A stretch of 52,877 bases of DNA from Desulfobacterales bacterium (GCA_030065585.1 JASJED010000001.1:1-52877), one strand, 5' to 3'. Positions 26,626-37,474 are shown, counted from the stretch's first letter. Notes: generated from the letters alone by a model not told the origin. Translations and numbers: made by a program.

Positions 26626-26921
26626 CGCCGTCAGCCACGCTCGACGAGTTTAGCTGGGAGAGCCATAACCGCCTGTGACCTGCAGCTTAGCGTTTCCTGA
26701 ATAATGGCAAACGCCAAGTTCATTTTTTCTGGCGCCGCTGTCGTCTTAAAGCGCGGCTCCTGCATCTTTATTGTTGAAGGCTTCAATCCCCTACAGAAAG
26801 GCGCTCGATGGTGCACCACGCCACGACGTCGTGCATTGACAGGGATACCCTGGTTTGATAGGAGATTCGGACGGGAAAAAGATGGCAACAATCCAAATTA
26901 TGAAGGAGGTATGAAGGTCTC

Positions 26922-27404
26922 ATGAAGATCCGGAAACCGTTGTTGACACTCTGTATGTTGGGAATTGCCGGCCTTTTCTTCGCGGCCGCCATTCAGGCTG
27001 GGACCCAGGTTGAAGACGTCATTACGTTGCAAAATCCGGCCTATAAAAAACACACCAAAGGCATCGTTCAATTCACGCACAAGAAGCACGCCACGGAATA
27101 TGGCGCCAGCTGCGGCGAGTGCCACCACGATGACAAGGGGCAGCCCTTGGATCTCAAAGAGGGCGATGACGTTCAAAATTGCATCGAATGCCATAAGATC
27201 CCCAGCACAGTGCCCAAGGAGCTAAAAAAAGAGTGGAAGGAAAAAAAGGTCAGTAAGGAAGAGCAGAAAAAGCTGAAGCTCGATTACCACGCCGAAGCGA
27301 TTCACATGAATTGCATTGCATGCCACAAGAAATGGAACAAGGAAAACAAATCCAAGGCCGCGCCTGTTTCATGCTCCAAGTGCCATCCCAAAAAAGCAAA
27401 GTAA
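26922..27404 (+). CDS. periplasmic tetraheme cytochrome c3 (class III)
   Basis: Signal peptide plus four heme-binding sites: CGECHH, CIECH, CIACH, CSKCH. A Lys/Glu-rich insertion (KELKKEWKEKKVSKEEQKKLK) lies between hemes 2 and 3. Confidence 0.9.
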   Translation: MKIRKPLLTLCMLGIAGLFFAAAIQAGTQVEDVITLQNPAYKKHTKGIVQFTHKKHATEYGASCGECHHDDKGQPLDLKEGDDVQNCIECHKIPSTVPKELKKEWKEKKVSKEEQKKLKLDYHAEAIHMNCIACHKKWNKENKSKAAPVSCSKCHPKKAK

Positions 27405-27418
27405 GGTAAGCCCCTCCA

Positions 27419-27462
27419 AGGCTGGCCCGGCGCACTTTACCGCAGCGGGCCTGCCTTTTTTT
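27419..27462 (+). terminator. rho-independent terminator (shared by the convergent cytochrome c3 and dsrN genes)
   Basis: AGGCTGGCCCG (27419-29) pairs with CGGGCCTGCCT (27446-56) with one mismatch. A T7 run follows (27456-62). Confidence 0.7.
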
Positions 27463-27560
27463 ATCTCATCCGATTTCCCCCGACAGCAGCAGGCGTCATC
27501 TCTACAGAATCATGAGAATACTTTAGGGCGGTAAACATACCCCGTGGCGGCTATGGGCAA

Positions 27561-28973
27561 TTATCCCAGCACCCTTTTGCCCTGGCGGTATTGGATGGCG
27601 TTCCGCACCAATGCGGGGGCCCATTCCGGTGTCCCCTGGGCATGTAGATGGGTGTAGGTTGCCAATACGTTGCGGTGGCACAGGCCGTCTTTCCCGTCGA
27701 TCAGACCGGTGCCCCGAATCATCGTATAGGCCAGATCGTCGGCAAGCCCTTGCCACTCCAGAACGCTGGAATAATGAAATTCGTGGCCCTTGAGGGTGGT
27801 GCCGGTGCGGAAATAGGGGTTGTTCCCGCTGACCTCAATGATCGTATAGCCGTGCCCCTGGGGGCGTCGCGAAAACCCGAACACCACCGGCAGTATCCCG
27901 GCCATGGGAAAGCGGCCCTGCTCCAGCGCCAGTTCCTGGCCTAGATACATGAGCCCCCCGCATTCGGCATAAATGGGCAGTCCCGCTTCGGCCATGGTTT
28001 TTAAATCATGCCGAAAGGTATCATTACGGGCCAGGGCCTCAGCATGGGTTTCCGGAAAGCCGCCGCCGATATACAAACCATCGATATTCGGAATCCGATC
28101 GACCTCGAGGGGGCTGAAAAATTCAAGCTGCGCCCCGGCGGATCGCAACGCCTCGATATTTTCGGGGTAATAAAACTGGAAGGCGGAATCCTGGATGATG
28201 CCGATGGTGGGTCGCGTTGACGGGGCCGGCGGCGTTTCGGTCAGCCTCTCCGGCGGAGGGCTATAATCCGTCTCCCGGGCCATCTGCGCTATGGCCTCAA
28301 GGTCCAGATGATCCTTGACGATCTGGGCGGCATAATCGATCGACGTCCGAGCCCAGTCATGCTCCAACGTGGGCACGAGCCCCATATGCCGCTCGGGAAA
28401 GCATTGCCGGCGCAGTTTGGGGATGGCGCCCACCACCGGCATCCCGCAGTGCTCTTCAATGCTCCGCCGTAAAATGCCTTCGTGCCGGGCGCCGGCTATC
28501 CGGTTCAGCACCACCCCACCGATGCGAACCGAGGGATCGAATAGTGAACAGCCTTTGACCACGGCCGCCATGGTGCGGGTGGTTTTGGTGCCGTCAATGA
28601 TCAGCAGGATGGGCAAGCCCAGCAGTTTGGCCAATTCGGCCGTACTGGTTTCACCATGGGTGTCGATACAATCATAGATCCCGCGGTTGCCCTCGATCAC
28701 GGCCATATCGGTGTCCGCGGTGTGGACGTGGAAGGTCTCTCGAATGCGGTCGCTGGCGATCAAAAAGGTGTCGAGATTGTAGCAGACCCCACCGGCCGCC
28801 AGGGAAAGCCAGCCCGCATCGATATAGTCCGGCCCTTTCTTGAAAGGCGCCACCGATCGACCCTTGGCTGTCATTGCGGCAATCAACCCCAAGGACACCA
28901 TGGTTTTGCCGGATCCACCCCTGAGGGCACCGATGACGATGCCTGCCCTTTTGTCAAAGCCGTTGGCCATCAT
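27561..28973 (-). CDS. dsrN: cobyrinic acid a,c-diamide synthase family protein (DsrN-type siroheme amidase candidate)
   Basis: CbiA/CobB pattern: N-terminal GSGKT P-loop, KKGPDYID, and a C-terminal GATase with ECGGLMYL. It sits directly downstream of dsrABD, as dsrN does in other sulfate reducers. Confidence 0.85.
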   Translation of the reverse strand: MMANGFDKRAGIVIGALRGGSGKTMVSLGLIAAMTAKGRSVAPFKKGPDYIDAGWLSLAAGGVCYNLDTFLIASDRIRETFHVHTADTDMAVIEGNRGIYDCIDTHGETSTAELAKLLGLPILLIIDGTKTTRTMAAVVKGCSLFDPSVRIGGVVLNRIAGARHEGILRRSIEEHCGMPVVGAIPKLRRQCFPERHMGLVPTLEHDWARTSIDYAAQIVKDHLDLEAIAQMARETDYSPPPERLTETPPAPSTRPTIGIIQDSAFQFYYPENIEALRSAGAQLEFFSPLEVDRIPNIDGLYIGGGFPETHAEALARNDTFRHDLKTMAEAGLPIYAECGGLMYLGQELALEQGRFPMAGILPVVFGFSRRPQGHGYTIIEVSGNNPYFRTGTTLKGHEFHYSSVLEWQGLADDLAYTMIRGTGLIDGKDGLCHRNVLATYTHLHAQGTPEWAPALVRNAIQYRQGKRVLG

Positions 28974-29158
28974 TCAGCCCATCAATTAAGCCGCTTGGTC
29001 CTGCCGAGGGTTGCGACCTGGCATGCAATCTGAAACGTCGCCCCAATTGCACCGCCGAAGCGAGGCGCCTTGCGCGGAGCCCGGGTGAGGCTTTCAGGCC
29101 GAGTCATCGATTGCAAGCGGTGCGGGGCACAACCTGACAAGATTTGCGCCAAGCACAA

Positions 29159-29194
29159 AGGCGAAAGACGGAAACACTATTCCGCCTTTCGCCT
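29159..29194 (-). other. stable hairpin in the dsrD-dsrN spacer (possible partial terminator / processing site)
   Basis: AGGCGAAAG (29159-67) and CTTTCGCCT (29186-94) form a perfect 9-bp stem. On the minus strand it is followed by TTGTGCTT. Confidence 0.4.
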
Positions 29195-29270
29195 ATTGCG
29201 TCAGTGCGTTTGATCGGCCACGCCATGGTGGCCGTCGCACTTGATATAAAAATCGCCTTATTGCGGAATA

Positions 29271-29510
29271 TTAATCCTCATGCTCCGCTGCGGCCTGCTT
29301 GCCGACTCCCGGAAGCCCGTACATGGAGGTGCTGCCGCTGGACCAATATTCCAGAACGCCGTCTTGCACGAGCTGGTTCACGATTTTTTTGGCCAGGCGC
29401 GGCTTCATTCCCATAATCTTGGCCAGATCGTTGAAGTAAAACTTGCTCTTGCTCTTGCTTTTTTTGGTCAGCGTTTCGACGATCGCGGTTTTCGCCTCTT
29501 CATATTCCAT
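29271..29510 (-). CDS. dsrD: dissimilatory sulfite reductase-associated protein DsrD
   Basis: 79 aa, with KSKSKSKFYFNDL...VNQLVQDGVLEYWSSGSTSMYGLPG, the conserved DsrD winged-helix sequence. It lies immediately after dsrB. Confidence 0.9.
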   Translation of the reverse strand: MEYEEAKTAIVETLTKKSKSKSKFYFNDLAKIMGMKPRLAKKIVNQLVQDGVLEYWSSGSTSMYGLPGVGKQAAAEHED

Positions 29511-29533
29511 ATTTTACCTTCTTTCATGGAATA

Positions 29534-29564
29534 CCGGAGTACCCCCTTTACAGGAGTACTCCGG
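29534..29564 (-). other. hairpin between dsrB and dsrD
   Basis: CCGGAGTAC (29534-42) and GTACTCCGG (29556-64) form a perfect 9-bp stem in the 81-nt dsrB-dsrD spacer. Confidence 0.45.
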
Positions 29565-29591
29565 CGATTAATATACATTCCTTCCGTCAGC

Positions 29592-30737
29592 TTAGAACTT
29601 GAACAGCGTGCTCTGGCGCCAGGTGTAGTAGGCCGGATCGCGGAAGTCGTCGATCAGGTGATGCGTGAAAGGCAGCTCGCATTTCTCGAAGAAGCGCTCC
29701 CAGCCGATGCGCTCGGCCCACTCGCCCAGGCGCTCATATTTGTTGGCCTCGGCCGCATAGACCTCGATGATCTTCTTGATGGCTTCGGTCGTTTCCGGCC
29801 AGCGCGGGGTGTCGTTAGGCTGGAAGGCCACCACCACCTTGGAGAACATGGGCGCGCTGATGCGGTTGGACACCTTGCCGCCCACCATCAGCACGATACC
29901 GTCACCTTCTTTGTCGGAGAGCGGCATGGAGGGGCACATGGTGTAGCAGTTGCCGCAGAACATGCAGCGCTCGTTTTTCACGGCCACACTGTTGACCTTC
30001 TCACCTTTCCATTCCACCTTGGCCGGACGAATGGCGGCCGTGGGGCAGGAGGCGATGGCCAGCGGGATTTCGCACATCTTGTCCAGGTATTCATGGTCCA
30101 GCATCGGCGGTTTGCGATGGTAGCCCAGGATGGCAATGTCCGAGCAGTGCACGGCGCCGCACATGTTCAGGCAGCAGGCCATGGAGATGCGCAGCTTGGC
30201 CGGCATGCGGTGCTGTTTGAAGTCTTCGAAGACCTCGTCCATGGTGGCCTTGACCGTACCGGAGGCATCCGAGGCCGGGGTATGGCAGTGAATCCAGCCC
30301 TGGGTGTGCACGATGTTGGTGATGGAGGTGCCGGTGCCGCCCACCGGGAACTTGAAGCTGCCGCCGTCGAACTTGCGGCTTTCCAGATCCTGGACCAGGG
30401 GCTCGACCTTGTCCTTGCTGTCCACCATGAACTCGATGTTGTTGCGGGTGGTGAAGCGCAGATGGCCGTCGCAGTGCTTTTCGGCGATATCGCAGATCTC
30501 GCGGATGTGGGTGGTGCTCATCAGGCGGGCGCCGCCGCAGCGCACCGTGTAAACCTCGTCGCCGCCCTCGGCCACGTGGACCAGCACGCCGGGCTTGAGC
30601 ACTTCGTGATACAGCCATTTGCCTTTGTTCTTGGCGATGACCGGCGGGTAGAACTCGTCGTATTTACGCGGACCGATGTCGGAGATCCGGTTTTCCATCG
30701 GTTTGTCAGGATCGTAACCTGAAGATACAAATGCCAT
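29592..30737 (-). CDS. dsrB: dissimilatory sulfite reductase beta subunit
   Basis: [34 protein letters not shown]..., siroheme/FeS Cys motifs ([20 protein letters not shown]) and a ferredoxin insert (CPTAAI...[12 protein letters not shown]). Confidence 0.95.
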   Translation of the reverse strand: MAFVSSGYDPDKPMENRISDIGPRKYDEFYPPVIAKNKGKWLYHEVLKPGVLVHVAEGGDEVYTVRCGGARLMSTTHIREICDIAEKHCDGHLRFTTRNNIEFMVDSKDKVEPLVQDLESRKFDGGSFKFPVGGTGTSITNIVHTQGWIHCHTPASDASGTVKATMDEVFEDFKQHRMPAKLRISMACCLNMCGAVHCSDIAILGYHRKPPMLDHEYLDKMCEIPLAIASCPTAAIRPAKVEWKGEKVNSVAVKNERCMFCGNCYTMCPSMPLSDKEGDGIVLMVGGKVSNRISAPMFSKVVVAFQPNDTPRWPETTEAIKKIIEVYAAEANKYERLGEWAERIGWERFFEKCELPFTHHLIDDFRDPAYYTWRQSTLFKF

Positions 30738-30749
30738 GGTGCGTCCCCC

Positions 30750-32063
30750 TTATCTCTGATGGTGTTTTCGGTACTCATCGATGTCACGGTCCCAGCCGCC
30801 TTCAACTTCGTCTTCGTTCCAGAAGATGTAGGGGTTGGTCCGGGGTTCCTGAACGTGATGGGCCGTCGGTTCGATGCCGGTGACCTTGAGCAGTTTCTGG
30901 AAGCCCTGACGTTTCATGAGTTCGCCGAGACGTTCGCGGTTCTTGCCTTCTTCCATCCACCAGTCCCAAATGGCTTCGATGACTTCCTTGATCTCGTCGT
31001 AGGGGTCTTCCGCCTTGACGAACGGGACCAGGAGGGAGCCCATCTGGGCACCGTCGAGAATGGGCGCCTTGGCGCCGACCAGGATGGACAGACCGCGGTC
31101 GTCACCGATTTTGAGGGCACGCGGCATGACGTTGATGCAGTGCATGCAGCGGGTGCATTCCTTGTCCTCGATCTTCAACTGGTTGCCTTCCATCCACATG
31201 CAGTCGGTGGGGCACAGATCGATGACTTCCTTCTGGATGTCGAACGGACCCCAGTCGCGGCCGTTGTGATCGTTGGCATTGGGGGCGAATTCGCCGCCGA
31301 TATAAGCCTGAACGGCTTCCTGGTCGATTTTGATATTGTCTTTCCAGGTGCCGATGAAGGACATGTCGGCCCGGGCGATGGAGGCCACACAACCGTTGGG
31401 GCAGCCGTCGAACTTGAACTTGAACTTGTAGGGAAAGGCCGGACGATGGAGTTCGTCCTGGTATTCCTGGGTCAGGTGGTAGCAAAGCGCATTGGTATCG
31501 TAGCAGGCGTATTCACAGCGGGCCATCCCGATGCAGTCGGCCGGGGTGCGCAGATTGGAGCCCGAGCCGCCCAGGTCCTGGTTCATGTTGTGGGTCAGCT
31601 CATAGAAAATTTCTTCCAGCTGGGGGGTGGTGGTGCCCAGCAGGATGATGTCGCCGGTGGAGCCGTGCATGTTGGTGATGCCGCTGCCGCGGAAATCCCA
31701 CAGGTCGCAGAGCTGGCGCAGGTAATCGGTCTTGTAGAACTTGGCGCCCGGCTGGGCCACGCGCATGGTGTGGAAATGGGCCACGCCCGGAAAATTATCG
31801 GGCTGGTCGCAGTAGCGGCCGATAACCCCGCCGCCGTAACCGAAAACACCCACGATGCCGCCGTGCTTCCAGTGGGTGGTGCCATCGGCAAACGAAAGCT
31901 CCAGAATCCCCAGCAGGTCTTCCACCACGTCCTGCGGAATCTGGAATTCAATGTTTTCCGCGTTTTTGGCGCGAACTTCGGCCTGCTGCTTCATGTCGGA
32001 CACAAAGCTTGGCCAAGGCCCGGACTCAAGCTGGTCCAACAAAGGCGTTGCATGTTTTGCCAT
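30750..32063 (-). CDS. dsrA: dissimilatory sulfite reductase alpha subunit
   Basis: MAKHATPLLDQLESGPWPSFVSDMK is the classic DsrA N-terminus. Also CEYACYDT, DGCPNGCVA and the ferredoxin domain CPTDCM...CTRCMHCINVMP. Start at 32063, 6 nt after GGAGGA. Confidence 0.95.
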   Translation of the reverse strand: MAKHATPLLDQLESGPWPSFVSDMKQQAEVRAKNAENIEFQIPQDVVEDLLGILELSFADGTTHWKHGGIVGVFGYGGGVIGRYCDQPDNFPGVAHFHTMRVAQPGAKFYKTDYLRQLCDLWDFRGSGITNMHGSTGDIILLGTTTPQLEEIFYELTHNMNQDLGGSGSNLRTPADCIGMARCEYACYDTNALCYHLTQEYQDELHRPAFPYKFKFKFDGCPNGCVASIARADMSFIGTWKDNIKIDQEAVQAYIGGEFAPNANDHNGRDWGPFDIQKEVIDLCPTDCMWMEGNQLKIEDKECTRCMHCINVMPRALKIGDDRGLSILVGAKAPILDGAQMGSLLVPFVKAEDPYDEIKEVIEAIWDWWMEEGKNRERLGELMKRQGFQKLLKVTGIEPTAHHVQEPRTNPYIFWNEDEVEGGWDRDIDEYRKHHQR

Positions 32064-32226
32064 CGTCATTCCTCCAGTTAAGAAGTTGATTAACTACCCG
32101 GACTTCATTGGAATCGAATTCCTTTCCCTCCAAAAAACCTGTTTCCTTCACCTCCTCTCAATAGCGATTTGTCTTATATTCATATGATGTTAAGTGGGTT
32201 CGTCTGGGTGGACCATCAAGTCGTTT

Positions 32227-32255
32227 GATATAGAATTAAAAGGCATTCTTGTCAA
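32227..32255 (-). promoter_or_regulatory. candidate sigma-70-type promoter of the dsr operon
   Basis: The minus strand reads TTGACA (32255-32250), a 17-nt spacer, then TATATC (32232-32227). This is about 165 nt upstream of the dsrA ATG. Confidence 0.35.
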
Positions 32256-32365
32256 TAAAAAAGGCGGGTTGCGAGGGTTGGCGACCTTTGAAGGGGGCGG
32301 ATCAAATATCTTGTGAAGCGGGCGTTTAAAACCACTCTATCTTGTGCTTTGACGGCTAATGTTCT

Positions 32366-33532
32366 TTAAGTCGCGAAGGTATTTCGAACGGCGGTCAGCA
32401 GACAGGCGGCATGCGCGGCGATATGACGTTCACAGAGTTCTTCCTCGGCCGGCATCAGCCGATAGCTTTCCGCCACGGCCTCAAGGAGTGTCAGCCAATC
32501 ATCGGCGGTGTAGCTTCGCAACAGCGGCAACAGCGCCGCGGGCAGGGACTCACCCAAAGCCTGTTTGAAACCGGCCACCGTGGCGCTTACGGCCTCATCG
32601 CCGGCCCAGGCCATGGCGCCGGTGCCGTCCAGGCGGTCCAGCCGGTTGCGCAAAGAGAGATTGGCCAGAAAGACCATAAGGGCCATCAGACGGGCGTCGT
32701 CATCCAGGTCCTGGCCGCCTTCTGCCGCCATGGTTGGGGCATATTGGCGCACGGTAATTAATTTTAGATCCAACCCGTCCGCTTGGTGCCGCAGGACAAA
32801 GTCACCCGCGGCATGATGCCAGGGATAGATCTGTCGCGAGGTGCGGGGGTCGTAGGCCCGCGACAAGATGAAGGCGGCCCCGGAATAGACGTTGGCGGTC
32901 AGATGAGGCGGTAGAAAATAGGGGCCCCGTTGATTATCCCAGACGACTATTTTCTGCACCCCGTCACGGGGGTCGAGGGAAAGGTGGAATTCATGGTGAT
33001 CCTCGAACCAGTCGGCCAGAAACATCTGCAAGGTGGCGCCATCCGGTGTTTCGCTTCGAGCAACGTCGAAAATGCGCGGCAGCGTGCCGTCCGGAAGCCG
33101 TGAGGCCACGTGGCTTAGCGCTTCGACCTCATTGTGCATGCATTCGATGCCCAGTGGCGTTACGGCCACGTTCAGGGCCAACGCTTGCGTTCCTCTACCC
33201 GAGGTCACCTGTATGCGGGCGGGATGATAAAATTCACCATGCTTTTCAAGGATGATGTCGATATGTTGAAGGGGCATCGGCCGGGAGACCTCCGGTGCCA
33301 TAGTCGCGAGGGCGGCTTGAAGCGAACCGGCGCCTTCATTTTCAAGATAGGCCTGGATGGCCTGGAAATAACCCCCATGGGATATGGCGGTGGTTTGTTC
33401 GGGAGCGGCGGGTCTAAAACGGGCCGGCATCGGCAGGGCTTGCGACCAAAGCGGATGGTTCGCATCCACACGCCCTGGACGTCCGGCAATTGCAAAGTGA
33501 ATCTTCACCGAGCGGCGGCGGCCCATCGACAC
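32366..33532 (-). CDS. hypothetical protein, no family recognised (faint protein-kinase-like/APH-like pattern)
   Basis: 388-aa ORF with coherent composition. It starts (GTG 33532 or ATG 33526) 4-10 nt after the stop of the upstream TPR gene and ends ~300 nt upstream of dsrA. The segments NEVEALSHVASRLPDGTLPRIFDV and WHHAAGDFVLRHQADG loosely resemble aminoglycoside-phosphotransferase-fold motifs. Confidence 0.7.
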   Translation of the reverse strand: MSMGRRRSVKIHFAIAGRPGRVDANHPLWSQALPMPARFRPAAPEQTTAISHGGYFQAIQAYLENEGAGSLQAALATMAPEVSRPMPLQHIDIILEKHGEFYHPARIQVTSGRGTQALALNVAVTPLGIECMHNEVEALSHVASRLPDGTLPRIFDVARSETPDGATLQMFLADWFEDHHEFHLSLDPRDGVQKIVVWDNQRGPYFLPPHLTANVYSGAAFILSRAYDPRTSRQIYPWHHAAGDFVLRHQADGLDLKLITVRQYAPTMAAEGGQDLDDDARLMALMVFLANLSLRNRLDRLDGTGAMAWAGDEAVSATVAGFKQALGESLPAALLPLLRSYTADDWLTLLEAVAESYRLMPAEEELCERHIAAHAACLLTAVRNTFAT

Positions 33533-33536
33533 CCGC

Positions 33537-34157
33537 TTATCGGTGCGTGGCCAGCTCTTCTAATATCTGCGGCGCGACCTCATAGCCGAGTTCGACCGCA
33601 CGGTCGGCATGTTCGATGGCCTTGGCGAAATCGCCCTTTTCCATGAGGGCGATGGCCATGTTGTTGTGGGCAATCGGGAAATCCGGTTCGACTTTGAGGG
33701 CGCTATCGCAAGCGCCAATGCTTTTGTCCACCTCGCCCTTCATGAGATAGGCGCTGGCCAAAGTGGCATAGGCCTGCACGAAGCGGAAATTGAAATGGGT
33801 GGCCCGCTCGAGAGATTTGATGCCTTCCTCCAGGTTGCCCATCTGGAGCTGCACAAAGCCGATGTTGCCGTGCCCCTCCGAGAAGCCCGGTCGCATCTTA
33901 ACGCCGCGCTTGTTCCAGTCCAGGCAGCCTTCCAGGTCGCCGCGCTTGAGACAGATGGCCCCCATCTGTACATAAGCTTCGGCCAGTGTAGGGCTGCATT
34001 CGATGGCTTCCAGCAATTCCTTTTCGGCTTCATCAATTTTACCCTGGCCCATCAGGGCCACGGCCAAGTTATAATGGGTGGTCCCGCAATCAGGATTGCC
34101 GGCCAGCATTTTGCGGTGGGCCGCAATGTATTCTTCCGCATTTTTGAACTGACTCAT
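33537..34157 (-). CDS. tetratricopeptide (TPR) repeat protein
   Basis: ORF 33537..34214 trimmed to MSQFKNAEEYIAAH. There are about five 34-residue repeats of the A..Y..LG......G....A...(F/L)..A(I/L) type (e.g. HYNLAVALMGQGKIDEAEKELLEAIE, AYVQMGAICLKRGDLEG). Confidence 0.85.
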   Translation of the reverse strand: MSQFKNAEEYIAAHRKMLAGNPDCGTTHYNLAVALMGQGKIDEAEKELLEAIECSPTLAEAYVQMGAICLKRGDLEGCLDWNKRGVKMRPGFSEGHGNIGFVQLQMGNLEEGIKSLERATHFNFRFVQAYATLASAYLMKGEVDKSIGACDSALKVEPDFPIAHNNMAIALMEKGDFAKAIEHADRAVELGYEVAPQILEELATHR

Positions 34158-34385
34158 GGATATGACCTCTCGATGCCCGGCTGCTACCGGGCGGTTTGGT
34201 TTGCAGTCATCCAAATAAAGCCATGATTCGTATTATGCCCGTCTGCGGCTGTCAAGTTTATTTAAGGCTAGATGTTCAGAATGGCTTGATTTTTCTTGAC
34301 AGATCCCCGGGCTTTTATCTACCAGAGAAAAATCCCACCCACTAAACGACTTGTTGTTCCACGATCCCCAACAAAGGAGGATGCC

Positions 34386-35420
34386 ATGAAAACAGGATGC
34401 TACACCGCTATCATCACGCCATTTGCCGGCGATGTCGTCGATTACGAAGGCCTCGATCGCCTGGTGGACTTCCAGATCGCGGGCGGCATCACCGGTGTTC
34501 TGGCGGTCGGCACAACCGGTGAAAGCCCCTCGTTGTCCTGGGATGAACACAATCAAGTCGTGGAACGGGTGGCCAAGAAAACCAAGGACCAGTGTCTGTG
34601 CATTGCCGGAACCGGCAGTAACAATACCAGGGAGTCGCTTGAGGCCACGTCACATGCCACCGGTGCCGGCGTCGATGCGGTCTTGCTGGTGGACCCCTAT
34701 TACAATGGTCCCAGCTCCCTGGAAATCAGACGCGAATACATCGAACCCGTCGCGGCCGCGTTTCCGGATCTGGAGATCATCCCTTACGTCATTCCCGGAC
34801 GCACCGGCACCCAGCTGCTGCCGGAGGATCTGGCCCTCGCCAGTCAGCGCTATAAAAATGTGGCCACGGTCAAGGAGGCCACCGGCAATCTGGAGAACAT
34901 GAAGCGCACGCGCTCCTGCTGCGGACCGGATTTCACGATCCTGTCGGGCGACGACGGCATGACCTTCGATATGATGACGGATGCGGATATCAGTGCGGCC
35001 GGTGTGATTTCCGTGGTTTCCAACGTGGCCCCGGCCGCCATGACGCAGTTAGTCGCGCTGCTGGCCAATCAGGAGCACGCCGCCGCCGAAAAGCTTTGCC
35101 GCGACCTGGCACCGCTGTTTGGGCTGGTGACGGTCAGCACCACCGAGGCAACGCCCTTTGGCGATGTCACGGCCCGTTTTCGAAATCCGGTGGCCATTAA
35201 AACCCTGATGGCCATCCTGGGAATGCCCGGAGGGGGATGCCGCCGTCCGCTAGGCAAGATAACCCGAAATGGCATCGATTTCGTTATCGAAACCGTCCGA
35301 AAGGTGCAGGCCGCCAACCCCGCGATTCTGGCCCCCGCCGCCGAATTCTTCAACATTGACATCGATCAGCGCTTGAATGATGAAGGTATCCGGGAGGCAT
35401 TGATCTATACCGACTATTGA
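34386..35420 (+). CDS. dihydrodipicolinate synthase (DapA) family lyase with C-terminal extension
   Basis: ORF 34296..35420 trimmed to MKTGCYTAIITPF after AAGGAGG. GTTGES, PYYNGPS and VATVKEATG (Schiff-base Lys) motifs. It is about 50 aa longer than typical DapA. Confidence 0.85.
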   Translation: MKTGCYTAIITPFAGDVVDYEGLDRLVDFQIAGGITGVLAVGTTGESPSLSWDEHNQVVERVAKKTKDQCLCIAGTGSNNTRESLEATSHATGAGVDAVLLVDPYYNGPSSLEIRREYIEPVAAAFPDLEIIPYVIPGRTGTQLLPEDLALASQRYKNVATVKEATGNLENMKRTRSCCGPDFTILSGDDGMTFDMMTDADISAAGVISVVSNVAPAAMTQLVALLANQEHAAAEKLCRDLAPLFGLVTVSTTEATPFGDVTARFRNPVAIKTLMAILGMPGGGCRRPLGKITRNGIDFVIETVRKVQAANPAILAPAAEFFNIDIDQRLNDEGIREALIYTDY

Positions 35421-35438
35421 TTCCGACGCCTGACAACA

Positions 35439-35478
35439 GAAGGGGGAAGCGGCAGAAATTAATACCGTTTCCCCCTTC
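35439..35478 (+). terminator. terminator hairpin after the DapA-family gene
   Basis: GAAGGGGGAAGCGG (35439-52) pairs with CCGTTTCCCCCTTC (35465-78), a 14-bp stem with one mismatch. GCGTTGGTTTTG follows. Confidence 0.5.
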
Positions 35479-35716
35479 GCGTTGGTTTTGATGAGGCGCA
35501 AGATCCTATTCCTACTAATTCAAGTGAGATCCGGCACCGGGTTTTTCAGTGTCCATACAGAAATGGTAGATTTTGGTTCAGGACAAGGCCGCAGTAATTT
35601 TGAAACCGATGGCGAAGCCGTCGTCGCGTTAGCGACGCGTAGCTTAGGCTACGTCGAGGATTTCGAAATTACGAGAACGCAGGCCTGGGCCAAAAGATGC
35701 CATTTATGGATGGGCA

Positions 35717-37474
<1,758 letters not shown>

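Noticed and set aside
26910-26924. A four-codon mini-ORF (ATG AAG GTC TCA TGA) overlapping the cytochrome c3 start, right after AAGGAGG.
   Set aside because: The SD-to-ATG spacing is only ~1 nt for the mini-ORF. It is more simply explained as part of the c3 translation initiation region.
29280-32081. Two very long plus-strand ORFs (480 aa at 29280-30722 and 440 aa at 30759-32081) lying exactly antisense to dsrB and dsrA.
   Set aside because: Their translations are low-complexity and rich in Gly, Ala, Val, His and Asp, with no motifs. The minus-strand frames encode unmistakable DsrB and DsrA. Open antisense frames are expected for GC-rich, strongly codon-biased genes.
35479-35716. A ~240-bp lower-GC spacer between the convergent DapA-family and binding-protein genes. 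It contains small tandem hairpins (GTCGC-GTTA-GCGAC, CGTAGC-TTA-GCTACG) and an 88-aa ORF (35482-35748).
   Set aside because: The ORF has no start context or recognisable features and overlaps the binding-protein stop. The hairpins are short. The region could hold an sRNA, but I have no positive evidence.
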